From positions 265,284-329,283 of the forward strand of contig CP070632.1 of NCBI GenBank assembly GCA_020356065.1: 64,000 nucleotides of DNA, in the 5' to 3' direction. The notes under the pieces were generated by a model. The model was not told the DNA's origin. It did no database searches and worked only from the letters and a program-made list of their open reading frames with translations. This DNA is from Nitrospiraceae bacterium (GTDB lineage Bacteria > Nitrospirota > Thermodesulfovibrionia > UBA6902). Position 1 is the stretch's first letter; each line of letters starts with the position of its first letter. Made by a program: the position numbers and the translations under genes. Below are positions 9,916 through 20,798 of the stretch, in pieces.

Positions 9916-10635
9916 TTACTTCTTTTTCAAGATTTCATCAATTGCTGCTTTGAAATCTTCGAATGACCTTCTCTGCATTCTCTTGCCATTCAGGAATAAC
10001 GAAGGAGTTCCTGTTACCCCGGCTGTCCTTCCAAGGTTAATGTCCTGCTCGATCAGGTTGTCATATTTGGTGCTGTTGAAATCTGCCTGGAACTTGTTCA
10101 TATCAAGATTCAGTTTCTCAGCAAATTCTTTCATCATCGCTTCATTTACGGTAGAAAATTTCTCAAATATCAGATCATGCATTTCCCAGTATTTACCCTG
10201 CTCCCCTGCTGCACGAGCGGCCTTGGCAGCATTTTTTGCCTGTTTATGAAATGAAAGTGGAAAATCCTTGAATACAAGCTTCACATCATTTGGATAGGCC
10301 TCCAGGACCTGCTTTAACGTCGGCTGCAAACGTGCACAGTAAGGACACTGGAAATCTGAAAATTCAACAATTGTCACAGGTGCTTTTTTATTACCCTTTA
10401 TTGGTGAAGTTCCAATAGGCAGGTTATAGACTTTATTGTAATCGATGGTAGGTCTCGAAGGCTGTGCTGCCGCTTTGGGAAGATTGCCTATTTTTCCTTC
10501 TATGCTCTTTAGTGTGGCCAGCATCTCCTTCTGGGTCTCAGCAATCTCATCAATCTTCTTCTTATCTACACATCCCGTAATCAATAGCGAGATACACAGT
10601 AAAACAAGCACGAACAGATTCGTTCTCTTTGTCAT
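9916..10635 (-). CDS. DsbA/DsbG-family thioredoxin-fold lipoprotein
   Basis: Lipobox ITGC, EFSDFQCPYC, FPLSFH, GVTGTP. Confidence 0.9.
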   Translation of the reverse strand: MTKRTNLFVLVLLCISLLITGCVDKKKIDEIAETQKEMLATLKSIEGKIGNLPKAAAQPSRPTIDYNKVYNLPIGTSPIKGNKKAPVTIVEFSDFQCPYCARLQPTLKQVLEAYPNDVKLVFKDFPLSFHKQAKNAAKAARAAGEQGKYWEMHDLIFEKFSTVNEAMMKEFAEKLNLDMNKFQADFNSTKYDNLIEQDINLGRTAGVTGTPSLFLNGKRMQRRSFEDFKAAIDEILKKK

Positions 10636-10914
10636 ACTTCCTCCTTGGATTTATGTGATAAATTTAGTCCTGAATACAACCACCATTTTATCACAATGAC
10701 CTATTAACTTAAAAGACGAGCTAATATCCCGGTGCATAATAAAGGTGATCATATAAAAATTAACGTGAATGTATAAATTTTCTATGAAGAAATTATGAAC
10801 TGCCTGCAAAACCCTTTCCTGTCATACTGATACAATCATTTCTGACTGTCAAATCAATTATGGCTACATATTTTTTGCCAAAGATACAAGAACAGGAAGT
10901 AAAAGCGAAAATAT

Positions 10915-11286
10915 TTATGGAGATAAAACCCTATGTATGATCCTGCTCTCATATTCAGGAAACAGAGCTAAATGCAGAGGCCTGTGTCTTATGTTGTCGA
11001 GACATATTATCTTATAATTAAGTTCACGCAGCTTCCTTAATCTCTCTCTGTCGTTATCAATTATCTGTATAAGAGAGCTCAGATTCATAATCTCTTTTCT
11101 CAACTCAAGCTCCGGAGGTATATAACCGGAGTTTTTCAGTATTCTGTATGAGGCCCTCAGATCATCAGGTATCCAGGACTCATCTTCAAGTTTCAGGGGT
11201 TTGCCTTTGCCCCGAAGATTATCAAGCTCGCCCTTTTCCATGGCCTCACTGATTTTTCTTTCAACTATTGTGCTGAATATGTTCAA
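10915..11286 (-). CDS. DUF1992 family protein
   Basis: ERKISEAMEKGELDNLRGKGKPL, RILKNSGYIPPE. Confidence 0.85.
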   Translation of the reverse strand: MNIFSTIVERKISEAMEKGELDNLRGKGKPLKLEDESWIPDDLRASYRILKNSGYIPPELELRKEIMNLSSLIQIIDNDRERLRKLRELNYKIICLDNIRHRPLHLALFPEYESRIIHRVLSP

Positions 11287-11330
11287 CGGATCCGGCTCCT
11301 GAAATATCGGTTAAAAAATGAAATATCAGA

Positions 11331-11561
11331 TTAATTATACGTATGTTTGATTATTACAACATCCTGCGCCTGAAGCCCACGGCTGCCCTGCACTACAGTA
11401 AATGTTACTGAATCGCCCTCTCTTATTGTACAATCACTTTCATGACACAGTACAGAACTGTAATGTACGTAAAGATCATCTTTACCTTTGCGGGCTATTA
11501 ACCCGTAGCCTTCAATTTCATCATACCACTTAATTACCCCTATTTCACGACCTATTATCAC
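11331..11561 (-). CDS. Cold-shock domain protein (start uncertain, GTG 11561 chosen)
   Basis: GVIKWY, GYGLI, DLYVHYS, GLQAQDV. Confidence 0.8.
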   Translation of the reverse strand: MIIGREIGVIKWYDEIEGYGLIARKGKDDLYVHYSSVLCHESDCTIREGDSVTFTVVQGSRGLQAQDVVIIKHTYN

Positions 11562-12004
11562 CAGATATTTCCTGTATATGCATACATTCCTGTTTGAATA
11601 AACATATATGACACGTTCCCTTTTATTAATAATATTCGGCATTTACCCTCTTATACTTTAAATATTTACGTAATTCATTTTACCGTTACACTTTATCATA
11701 CATGGTGAGTTCTGTTCCCATGGTTGCATTGCAAGGAGTCGAGGATTCAAGGGGTCCATGGATCAAGTTTTAAGTGATGGAATAATTTTTTTATAATTTC
11801 ACTCATATCCTTAGAATACTTTGTTTCCTATCTTAAATAACTTTTAAGATCTTTGAATATTGTTAACATTAAATGAGACATTCGTGGAGTAAATATGCAT
11901 TCATAATCCATGGCTTAATCGTGATATACATATTAAACATTTCTGGAAAGATATAAAGAAAGGCATTTCCCCTAAACAGTTCAGAAACTACATATTTTAA
12001 ACAC

Positions 12005-12499
12005 TTATTTCATCTCAACCTTCTTTGCCTTTCTGACAACTTCAGCTGCCATTTTTTTCCTGTATTCTTTCAGGGCATTTGCAAGTCTGGTATCAGTAAG
12101 TCCAAGAATTTGAGCAGCAAAAATCCCGGCATTTTTTGCTCCTCCCTTTCCGACTGCCATTGTAGCAACAGGAATACCCGGGGGCATCTGTACGGTAGAG
12201 TACAGGGCGTCAATCCCATTTAAAGGAGAAGAATCTATGGGAACGCCAATGACAGGGAGAGTTGTATGTGAAGCAACAACACCGGCGAGATGAGCAGCAG
12301 CGCCTGCCCCGGCTATTATGACCCGGATGCCTTCTTTTTCAGAACTCTGTATAAGCTTTAATGTCCTGTCAGGCGTCCTGTGGGCAGAAGATACGGTCAT
12401 TTTGTAAGGTATATTAAATTCCTCTAAAACTGCGGAAGCACCTTCCATTACAGATACATCAGAATCACTCCCCATCAATATAAGCACCATTGCTTTCAT
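12005..12499 (-). CDS. purE: N5-CAIR mutase
   Basis: [28 protein letters not shown]. Confidence 0.96.
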   Translation of the reverse strand: MKAMVLILMGSDSDVSVMEGASAVLEEFNIPYKMTVSSAHRTPDRTLKLIQSSEKEGIRVIIAGAGAAAHLAGVVASHTTLPVIGVPIDSSPLNGIDALYSTVQMPPGIPVATMAVGKGGAKNAGIFAAQILGLTDTRLANALKEYRKKMAAEVVRKAKKVEMK

Positions 12500-12593
12500 A
12501 ATATTATTCTCCAATATAACTGATCTTATAAATGTTGCAAATAGTAGTTAGTAGTTAAGGAAAAATGACGTAAAGTTAACTCCTGCCTCCTAA

Positions 12594-13868
12594 CTACTTT
12601 TTTTTAATTGCTTTATTCCCTATATCCTTCCTGAACTGCATGCCATTAAATTTAATTTTTTCAATCGCCCTGTATACGCTATCCTGTGCAGATGAAATAC
12701 TGTCACCAAGTGCAGTGACACCCAACACACGACCTCCTGAGGTAATAATTTCTCCGTTGTTATGAGTTGTACCAGCATGGAACACTACGACATCCCTGCT
12801 GCCTTTAAAGTGATCAAGTCCTTTAATGACATCTCCTTTTTTATATGAACCCGGATATCCTTCTGATGCAAGGACTACACAAATCGAGACGCCTTCCTTC
12901 CACGTTACATCTATTTCATTCAGTCTCCCTTCAGCAGTAGCTTTTAACACATCAAAGAGGTCAGAATCCAGCCTGAACAATATTGGCTGGGCTTCAGGAT
13001 CACCAAAACGCACATTATATTCAAGCACATATGGCTTTCCTTCACAGATCATCAATCCGACATATATAACCCCCCTGTAATTAATCCTCTCCCTTTCAAG
13101 GCCCTTCATCATCGGATCTATAATTGTCTTCATGACCTCGTTGCTCATTTTGTCTGTTAAAATAGGAGCGGGACTGTACGCACCCATTCCGCCTGTGTTG
13201 GGCCCCTTGTCTCCATCAAATATCTGTTTATGGTCCTGGGACGTTGCCAGCGGAACAACTGTTTTACCATCAGTGAGTATCATGAAGGACGCTTCTTCAC
13301 CTTTGAGACACTGCTCAACAATCACCTTACTGCCTGCCTTGCCAAAGGCCTTATCCTTCATTATTAATTTCAGGGCATCAATAGCTTCATCAACAGTTTC
13401 AGCGACAATCACTCCTTTGCCCGCTGCCAGTCCATCGGCCTTCACAACAATAGGAGCACCCTTAAGTCTTACATATTCTTCTGCCTGGATATAAGAAGAA
13501 AATGTCTTATACTCTGCAGTGGGAATACCGTATTTCTGCATAAAGTCCTTTGCAAACTGTTTACTGCCCTCAAGCCGTGCACCGGCCTTGACAGGCCCGA
13601 AAATTATTCTCTCTTCCTTAATAAAAGCATCGGCTATTCCTTCAGAGAGAGGTGCTTCAGGTCCGACTACCGTAAGGTCGATCCAGTTATATTTCACAAA
13701 ATCAATTAATCCCTCAAAATCGTCAATCCTGATATTTATACATTCGGCAATCTCTGATATCCCGGCGTTTCCCGGTGCACAGTACACCTTATCAACCCTC
13801 GGGCTCTGACTGAGCTTCCATACAAGGGCATGCTCTCTGCCTCCTCCCCCAATGACAAGAACCTTCAT
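12594..13868 (-). CDS. purD: Phosphoribosylamine--glycine ligase
   Basis: GGGGREHAL, KADGLAAGKGV, GPNTGGMGAY, RFGDPE. Confidence 0.97.
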   Translation of the reverse strand: MKVLVIGGGGREHALVWKLSQSPRVDKVYCAPGNAGISEIAECINIRIDDFEGLIDFVKYNWIDLTVVGPEAPLSEGIADAFIKEERIIFGPVKAGARLEGSKQFAKDFMQKYGIPTAEYKTFSSYIQAEEYVRLKGAPIVVKADGLAAGKGVIVAETVDEAIDALKLIMKDKAFGKAGSKVIVEQCLKGEEASFMILTDGKTVVPLATSQDHKQIFDGDKGPNTGGMGAYSPAPILTDKMSNEVMKTIIDPMMKGLERERINYRGVIYVGLMICEGKPYVLEYNVRFGDPEAQPILFRLDSDLFDVLKATAEGRLNEIDVTWKEGVSICVVLASEGYPGSYKKGDVIKGLDHFKGSRDVVVFHAGTTHNNGEIITSGGRVLGVTALGDSISSAQDSVYRAIEKIKFNGMQFRKDIGNKAIKKK

Positions 13869-13886
13869 TTGATACCTCCCATTAAT

Positions 13887-14008
13887 AAGTGTGAAGTAGA
13901 AAGTAAGATGTGAGAAGTAACTATATATATTTCATTTTCTTACTTCCTACTTGATACTTCTTACTTCGCACTTCCAACTTCTTCGTTCCCAGTTCTCACT
14001 TCTTACTT
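13887..14008. repeat. Degenerate 7-bp tandem repeats in inverted arrangement (AAGTNNG then CNNACTT)
   Basis: aagtgtg aagtaga aagtaag ... cttactt cctactt gatactt cttactt cgcactt ccaactt ... ctcactt cttactt. Confidence 0.8.
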
Positions 14009-14013
14009 ATTTT

Positions 14014-15576
14014 TTAATGTCTGAAATGTCTCATACCAGTAAATATCATGGCCACATTATGTTCATCGCAGGCAGCGATGGTCTCCTTGTCCTTGATCGA
14101 TCCCCCCGGCTGGATAATCGCAGTTGCACCCGCCTCCGCAACCACATCAATGCCGTCCCGCGCAGGGAAAAATGCATCTGACGCTACAGCCGATCCTTTC
14201 AGAGATATGTTGTAATTGGCGGCCTTCAGGGCAGCCAGTCTTGCAGAGTCGACCCTGCTGGTTTGACCGCATCCAATTCCAAGTGTCCTGTCCCTTGCCG
14301 CATAAATGATAGCATTGGATTTCATATGTTTGCATACTCTCCAGGCATAAGCCATTGCCTCATATTCTTCATCACCCGGCGGTCTCTTTGTAACTACTTC
14401 ACAAGTCTTCAGGTCATGGATCATGCCAAGGTCTCTTTCCTGCAGAAGCAGTCCTCCCTGAATCTTTCGCAATTCAAAACCGGAAACATCTCTCGATATG
14501 TCAAGCTCAAGAAGTCGAATATTTGGTTTTTCGCTGATCAGTTTTAAGGCCCCTTCATCAAAGGAAGGAGCTATTATTATTTCAACAAAGAGGTTCAGGA
14601 TCTCCCGTGCAGTTGCCTCATCAACCGGTCTGTTTAATGAAATTACCCCGCCGAATGCAGAAACAGGGTCTGTCTCAAATGCATGCTTATATGCCTCACT
14701 GATTGTGTCTGCAGAAGCCACACCACAGGGATTATTATGTTTTACAATCACCGCAGTTGGTCTGTCAGTGTATTCTTTAGCCAGGTCAATGACTGCACTG
14801 GAATCGAGGTAATTATTAAAGGACATCTCCTTGCCCTGCAATATCCTTGCATCAACCAGGGAAAGGCCTTCATTCAGGGGCTCCCTGTAAACTGCCGCCT
14901 TCTGGTGAGGGTTTTCTCCATACCTCACATCAGATATTTTTCTATAGCTCTTTGTGAATATCTGCGGGAATGTTTCGTCCTGTCTGCCCTTGGTATTGAG
15001 ATACCCTGATATGAGGGTATCGTACTGGGCTGTATGGGCAAAGACCTTTTTAGCAAGATACAGTTTTGTATCGTAACTGACTTCTCCCCCTCCTGACTTC
15101 ATCTCATCAAGGACCCTTGCATAATCTGAAGGATCAACAACAACCGCAACACTCTTAAAATTCTTTGAGGCAGCCCTTATCATGGTGGGCCCGCCAATAT
15201 CAATGTTCTCTATGGCATCGTCAAAGGACACATCAGGTTTTGATACCGTCTGCTCAAAGGGATAGAGGTTGACAACAACCATATCAATCGATTCAATGCC
15301 GTGTTTTTCTATTTCAGCCCTGTCACTGTCATTGTCTCTCCTCCAGAGAAGACCCCCGTGAATTTTCGGATGAAGTGTTTTAAGTCGCCCATCCATCATT
15401 TCGGGAAAACCTGTATACTCTGATACATCTTTTACATCAATTCCTGCTTCTTTTAACGTCCGTGCAGTTCCGCCTGTCGAGAGTATCTCGACACCAATTC
15501 CATTCAGTTCTTTAGCAAAATCAACTATCCCGCTTTTATCCGAGACGCTGATGAGAGCCCTGTGTACTTTTGACAT
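14014..15576 (-). CDS. purH: Bifunctional AICAR transformylase / IMP cyclohydrolase
   Basis: [44 protein letters not shown]; GGAGG RBS before ATG 15576. Confidence 0.97.
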   Translation of the reverse strand: MSKVHRALISVSDKSGIVDFAKELNGIGVEILSTGGTARTLKEAGIDVKDVSEYTGFPEMMDGRLKTLHPKIHGGLLWRRDNDSDRAEIEKHGIESIDMVVVNLYPFEQTVSKPDVSFDDAIENIDIGGPTMIRAASKNFKSVAVVVDPSDYARVLDEMKSGGGEVSYDTKLYLAKKVFAHTAQYDTLISGYLNTKGRQDETFPQIFTKSYRKISDVRYGENPHQKAAVYREPLNEGLSLVDARILQGKEMSFNNYLDSSAVIDLAKEYTDRPTAVIVKHNNPCGVASADTISEAYKHAFETDPVSAFGGVISLNRPVDEATAREILNLFVEIIIAPSFDEGALKLISEKPNIRLLELDISRDVSGFELRKIQGGLLLQERDLGMIHDLKTCEVVTKRPPGDEEYEAMAYAWRVCKHMKSNAIIYAARDRTLGIGCGQTSRVDSARLAALKAANYNISLKGSAVASDAFFPARDGIDVVAEAGATAIIQPGGSIKDKETIAACDEHNVAMIFTGMRHFRH

Positions 15577-15829
15577 GTTATCCTCCAAAAAATAATATGA
15601 TGATTATAATATTATTGGCATTATAGATTGTCGATATGTATTTATAGAACTGTTTTGATTAAAAACCTGAATTTCGTGTTAACCGACAAGAATTAAATGA
15701 TTATTTGAAGGATCGTCACAGACTCTGCGTCTGCCAATCCAGGGTCGGTAAGACATTTTAGACTATTTAGGCAAAAAAATCATGTGACAGGGGGGTATGT
15801 AGAAAAAAATCCGTTTATCACGTATTACC

Positions 15830-16528
15830 TTATTCCTTAATATACCCTTTTTCCATGAGGCTTACATACGTGCCTTCAGAAATGATAATATGGTCCAGCA
15901 CCTTGATACCCACTAACTTTCCTGTTTCAACGAGCCTCCCTGTTATATCAATATCGTCCCTGCTTGGATGTGTGTCTCCGCTTGGATGATTGTGAATAAA
16001 TAGAATTGAAGCTGCGGCCTCTTTAATGGCATACCTGAACACTTCCCGTGGATGAACAAGTGAGGATGTAAGCGTGCCTTCTGAAACCACCATTTCTATA
16101 ACAACTGAATTTTTTGTATTCAGCAATACACAGAGAAATTTTTCCTTTTTCAGCCCGAAAAAACTTGGCCTGTAATAGTCAAACACATCTCTGCTACTGG
16201 TGAATGACTTTTTTTCCTTATTACACACATCGCATTCCTGCATAAGCCTCTTTCCCAACTCAAGTGCTGCCTTGAGCTGGGAGACCTTTGCGCTTCCCAT
16301 TCCCTTAATGTCTGAAAATTCAGCTATTGCGGCGTCATCGATCTCCCTCAGGCTTTGAAAACAGGTAAGTACTTCCCTGGCAAGCTGGATAGCACTCTTT
16401 CCTTTTCCACCGATCCGCAATATGATTGCCAGAAGCTGGGCAGTAGTCAGGGAACCGGCTCCAAACTTGAGCAGCCTTTCCCGCGGCCTTTCATCTTCAG
16501 GCCACATCCTGATTGCCTTGTATTTCAT
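15830..16528 (-). CDS. radC: RadC family JAB-domain protein
   Basis: ERPRERL, VHPREVF, HNHPSGD, LDHIII. Confidence 0.95.
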   Translation of the reverse strand: MKYKAIRMWPEDERPRERLLKFGAGSLTTAQLLAIILRIGGKGKSAIQLAREVLTCFQSLREIDDAAIAEFSDIKGMGSAKVSQLKAALELGKRLMQECDVCNKEKKSFTSSRDVFDYYRPSFFGLKKEKFLCVLLNTKNSVVIEMVVSEGTLTSSLVHPREVFRYAIKEAAASILFIHNHPSGDTHPSRDDIDITGRLVETGKLVGIKVLDHIIISEGTYVSLMEKGYIKE

Positions 16529-16779
16529 CCCTCTAATCCGAACAGTGCTTTTTAATTAAGTAATTTGACAGGATACGCCATGTCCCAAATGACAAATATT
16601 AACACAGCTGCAGTATAATTGCATAACAAATGATGAATAAAGTTCAACTTCCGCCATTACAAAAGAGTTTACAAAAAAACTATCCATGACTACTGTAACT
16701 CATCACTTGTACTGATTTTCATAATTGTACTTATGGCATATGAGACCTATTTGTTAATCATTTAAAAAGGTTTGCATTC

Positions 16780-16795
16780 TGGCCTGATATTTGCT
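16780..16795 (+). promoter_or_regulatory. Putative sigma-54 -24/-12 promoter
   Basis: TGGCCTGATATTTGCT with canonical GG-N10-GC spacing, 55 bp before the next start. Confidence 0.55.
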
Positions 16796-16850
16796 TATTA
16801 CTTCATAGAAATAACGAACAATAGACAAACATAACTTTGAGGAATTTGAT

Positions 16851-17300
16851 ATGAAACTCCAGCATCACACAGCTTCTTCTTTTTTAATATCAGGCATTTT
16901 ATTCATGATATTTAAATCATGGGGATTGGCCATGGCAAGTTTTCTCTCGGGAGTTTTCATAGATCTTGATCATGTAGCTGATTTTTTTCGGGAATATGGA
17001 TGGTCTTTGGATGTAAAAAAATTCTTCCGTGTCTTCAATAACGGCTGCTTTAAAAAGGTCATCCTTTTGTTACATGGATGGGAGTGGATTTTGTTATGGA
17101 CAGCATTGTCATGGTTGACTTCCTGGAATTTGTGGTTTACAGGGATTCTTATAGGAATCACCCAGCATCTGATTCTTGATACATATTACAATGCACCAAC
17201 TCCCCTGACTTACTCGATATTCTGGAGAATGAGAAGAGGATTTGATCTTGTCGCTACATTCCAGGGCAAGCCGTTCAAACACTTACAAACTGTTCAGTAA
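16851..17300 (+). CDS. Hypothetical membrane protein (metal-dependent hydrolase-like His motifs)
   Basis: GAGG RBS; HH, DLDH, LHGWE, QHLILD; hydrophobic segments. Confidence 0.7.
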   Translation: MKLQHHTASSFLISGILFMIFKSWGLAMASFLSGVFIDLDHVADFFREYGWSLDVKKFFRVFNNGCFKKVILLLHGWEWILLWTALSWLTSWNLWFTGILIGITQHLILDTYYNAPTPLTYSIFWRMRRGFDLVATFQGKPFKHLQTVQ

Positions 17301-17471
17301 AAAAATGGGATTTAACAGCCTCAGTTAAATGCCACAACCTCTTTTTCCATTTTTTTTAGATCACTACAAAATCATTTTATCAGCAGATTTTGATGTTATC
17401 CATTGTGAATACCCCATATAGATATTCTTGATTTGAAGCAACTATCATATTCAGAATAAATTTAAATTATG

Positions 17472-18887
17472 GGTAATGTCCTAAACTACCTGTAAAAAGA
17501 AGAAGGCTTCGGTTATTCTTTTAAAACCAAGAAAACCTTAAAAGAAAGGAAGACCGAAGCCCTATGAGAAAGATACCACCAAGTGAGAAGAATCGCAAGC
17601 AGTTAGAGGAGTTATTAAGCGGGGGAATAGAGGGAGAGAATTTATTGACGGCAGTCATTGAAAAAGGGATGCAAATCATCATGCAGGAGCTGCTGGAGTC
17701 AGAGGCCACGGAATTTCTTCAGCGAGGGCATTATGAGCGGAGGGGATCTGAGGAATTTAGGGGATACCGCAATGGATACGAGCAGCGGAAGATCAGGACG
17801 GCTGAGGGGAAGGTCCCGATAGAGCTGCCGCAGATACGAGAGAGCGTGGAGCCGTTTCGGTCAAAGTTAAAGGAGTTTTTTCGTGGGAATACAGAGTGTT
17901 TGGAGAAGTTGGCGGCAGAGATGTATGCCCGAGGGCTGTCGACGAGGGACATTGAGGATGCGATGATAGAGGCCACAGGAGATATGATTCTGTCAAAGAC
18001 GAGCGTATCGAGAGTGACGGATATCTTCTGGGAGGATTTCGAGCGATTTCAGCAGAGGGACCTGTCAGGGTATAGCGTTGAGTATCTGTTTCTGGATGGG
18101 GTATATGAGAGTGTGCGGAGGTTGGCGGGGATCAAAGAGGCGATACTGGTGGCCTGGGGGATACAGCGTGATGGCAGGAAGGTGTTACTGTCGCTGCGGT
18201 TGGGAAATAAGGAGAGTTATGACAGCTGGCTGGAGATGCTGCGGGACATGGTGAAGCGGGGATTGCGGATACCGGTGAGTATCACGAGTGATGGGGCCCC
18301 GGGAGCAATCAAGGCGATAGAGGCACTCTTTCCGCGATCATTGCGGATACGGTGCTGGGTGCACCGGATGAAGAACTTTTCATTAAAGGTGCCTCCCGTG
18401 ATGTGGCCTGAGCTGAAGGCTGAATTGTATCAGATCAGGGATGCATCAAGTTATGACCAGGGCAAAAAGATGGCCGAGAGTTTTATACAGAGATACAAGA
18501 GGACATATCCGACACTGGTCAGTGCCGTCAGTGATGATCTTGAGGCCTTACTGTCACATCTGAGGTTTCCTATTCGACACAGAAAGAGTGTACGGACGAC
18601 GAATCTGATCGAGCGGAGTTTTGTGGAGGAGAGAAGAAGGACGAAGGTGATTCCGGGATTCTGGACAGAACAGAGTTGTTTAAAGCTGGTGTTCTCGATC
18701 CTGATAAGAGCATCAAAACGATGGAATCAGATAACGATGCAGGATATGGAGTTGAAGCAAATCGATTCCTTGAGAAAAGAACTGAAAATTGATATCGAGA
18801 AAAGTGCATCATTAACTTGTAAAAAGAAAAAGGCGGTGAATGCTTGATACCGAGCCTTCACTTTTACAGGGAATTCGGGACTTGACC
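17472..18887 (+). mobile_element. Complete IS256-family insertion sequence with 8-bp target duplication
   Basis: Imperfect IRs ggtaatgtcctaaactacctgtaaaa / ttttacagggaattcgggacttgacc; AAATTATG at 17464-17471 and 18888-18895. Confidence 0.93.
17564..18847 (+). CDS. IS256-family DDE transposase
   Basis: YRNGY, MYARGLSTRDI, LFLDG, SDGAPG, RCWVH, RTTNLIER. Confidence 0.95.
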   Translation: MRKIPPSEKNRKQLEELLSGGIEGENLLTAVIEKGMQIIMQELLESEATEFLQRGHYERRGSEEFRGYRNGYEQRKIRTAEGKVPIELPQIRESVEPFRSKLKEFFRGNTECLEKLAAEMYARGLSTRDIEDAMIEATGDMILSKTSVSRVTDIFWEDFERFQQRDLSGYSVEYLFLDGVYESVRRLAGIKEAILVAWGIQRDGRKVLLSLRLGNKESYDSWLEMLRDMVKRGLRIPVSITSDGAPGAIKAIEALFPRSLRIRCWVHRMKNFSLKVPPVMWPELKAELYQIRDASSYDQGKKMAESFIQRYKRTYPTLVSAVSDDLEALLSHLRFPIRHRKSVRTTNLIERSFVEERRRTKVIPGFWTEQSCLKLVFSILIRASKRWNQITMQDMELKQIDSLRKELKIDIEKSASLTCKKKKAVNA

Positions 18888-19152
18888 AAATTATGAATGA
18901 TAAAGTATAAAAATAAAATTGAGAACTTTATCTAAAAGTCTTCTATCCAAGACTGGTCTTAATCACTGAACATATCAATCGATAATCAATACATAAACAT
19001 CATGTATTGTGCATTTTTTCTTGCAATTTGCAGTCGAAGAGATATACTTTTCATTAACAAATCTTATCAAGCTGAGAAGATCCTTAGAGTCTGGTAATAC
19101 AGGAGTTAAGATGCCTAATTATGAACAAATTTCTAATATTTGAGGAGGCGTT

Positions 19153-19863
19153 ATGAAAGTGGAAGAATTAGAAAAATTCGGAGCAAAGCTCGAAATGCCA
19201 AAGGAATCTATGAAAGAACAATCCAGAATAATGCTGAGAGCTTTACGCAGGAAATTCGGTTTATTGGGAATGCCAGCAGTTTTTAAAGATATATACTTTT
19301 TTCAAAGAAAATTGCGAAAAGAACATCCTGAAACACAAAAAAAAGCTGCTGCTATGGGCGATATTATGGAAAAAGAACTCTTCATATTTTCCGGGTTGTA
19401 TCTGGCATTGGCAAAGAGACTTGGAAGGGGAAATGCCTATGAGTTTTTCAAAACTGAAGTTATAAACGAAATTGCCAAAACATCCATGGCATCACTTTAT
19501 CAGCTTGATGATTTAAAAAAGTGCGAAGGCGATGTTTTTGAGAATTTCAAAAAAATGAATATTGCAATATTCGAAAGAACAACAAAAGACGGTACATGGC
19601 TTATGGATGGCTATGAAAACAAGAAGGACAAGCTCACTATTAAAGTTACTACCTGCACCAATGTTGAGTTGTTTAATGAACTGAATGTCCCTGAACTTGG
19701 AAAATTCGGCTGCGATCACGATTTGGTGGGATATCCTCTTATTGAAAAAGATGTGGATTGTGATTTCCGCAGGTTAAGTACAATAGCAAGCGGCGATGAT
19801 TATTGTCTCTTTGAGTTTTACCGTCGCGGGACAGCACCGGATAATGCGCATCTGAATATTTAA
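19153..19863 (+). CDS. L-2-amino-thiazoline-4-carboxylic acid hydrolase family (V4R-like) protein
   Basis: VTTC...PELGKFGCDHD...FRRLSTIASGDDYCLFEF pattern; GAGGAGG RBS. Confidence 0.7.
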   Translation: MKVEELEKFGAKLEMPKESMKEQSRIMLRALRRKFGLLGMPAVFKDIYFFQRKLRKEHPETQKKAAAMGDIMEKELFIFSGLYLALAKRLGRGNAYEFFKTEVINEIAKTSMASLYQLDDLKKCEGDVFENFKKMNIAIFERTTKDGTWLMDGYENKKDKLTIKVTTCTNVELFNELNVPELGKFGCDHDLVGYPLIEKDVDCDFRRLSTIASGDDYCLFEFYRRGTAPDNAHLNI

Positions 19864-19943
19864 GGGGGTAAGCTGAAGGATAAACCTTCTACCCTGAATC
19901 ACCGGAGAATGCCATTGTGGCAAGAAAAGCTTAAGGAGATCGT

Positions 19944-20798
19944 ATGCATAAAAACAGGCCAAGTATGACCGCGCGCAAGGTTGCCCTGAATATCGTGACC
20001 CTAGGCTCAAAAGAGGGAATGGATAAAATTCTTCCTCCCGGGCTCGTTGATAGTACGGCTGAAATGCTCGTTGCCTCCGAAGCTGTTGGCCCGAGAACGA
20101 TCCGGGTGGCCCGTTCCCGTAGAATAGTCTATGTTTATGAATGGTTTGACTGGATACTGCCAGGTCAATTTGTAGCATTTGCACACAGAAAGGCATTTTG
20201 CGAACACCAGGTAAGAAATGGTATTGCCAGTGGCGCTTCGCAGGTCCTTGTTCTCGGTGCCGGTTATGACACTATGGGTTGGCGACTGGCGCCGGAGTTC
20301 CCCGGAGTGAACTTCTTTGAAATCGACCATCCGGCGACGGCCCGTCTCAAGGCGAGAGGAGTTGAGTCAATGGGACGACGAGATAACCTCTATCTGATAG
20401 CGGAAGATCTGGGCAAAAAGAAACTGGTGGATGTTTTAAGAACCTCAGAGTCATGGGACAAGAACGCAAAAACGGTAATCATAGCCGAAGGGCTTGTAAT
20501 GTACCTGTCTGCTGAAGCAGTAAATGGGTTATTTTCTCAATGTGCTCAAATTGCCGGGGCTGGCAGCCTGATAGCCTTTTCCTATATCCCTACTGGTGCG
20601 GATGGCCGGCCTGATGCCGGTCCGTGGACGGGATTGATGCTCTGGCTTCAGAAGATAGTTGGAGAGCCGTGGACATGGAGCATTCGGCCGGAAGAACTCG
20701 GCCTGTTCCTGGATGAATCAGGCTGGATACATGCCCCGGAGCTGGCGGGCACGGGTGATATGCATGGTGTGGAATTCTATGCTGTGGCTAAAAAATGA
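19944..20798 (+). CDS. Class I SAM-dependent methyltransferase (leucine carboxyl methyltransferase-like)
   Basis: QVLVLGAGYDT, FEIDHPAT, IAEGLVMYL. Confidence 0.88.
   Translation: MHKNRPSMTARKVALNIVTLGSKEGMDKILPPGLVDSTAEMLVASEAVGPRTIRVARSRRIVYVYEWFDWILPGQFVAFAHRKAFCEHQVRNGIASGASQVLVLGAGYDTMGWRLAPEFPGVNFFEIDHPATARLKARGVESMGRRDNLYLIAEDLGKKKLVDVLRTSESWDKNAKTVIIAEGLVMYLSAEAVNGLFSQCAQIAGAGSLIAFSYIPTGADGRPDAGPWTGLMLWLQKIVGEPWTWSIRPEELGLFLDESGWIHAPELAGTGDMHGVEFYAVAKK

Noticed and set aside
13887-14008. CRISPR array
   Set aside because: The units are 7 bp with no spacers; no CRISPR repeat-spacer structure or cas gene was seen anywhere in the window.
15590-15829. ZTP (pfl) or purine riboswitch upstream of purH
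   Set aside because: The conserved GACUGGCGGAA and CGCCUGGGCA segments are absent on the minus strand, and no purine aptamer core is visible.
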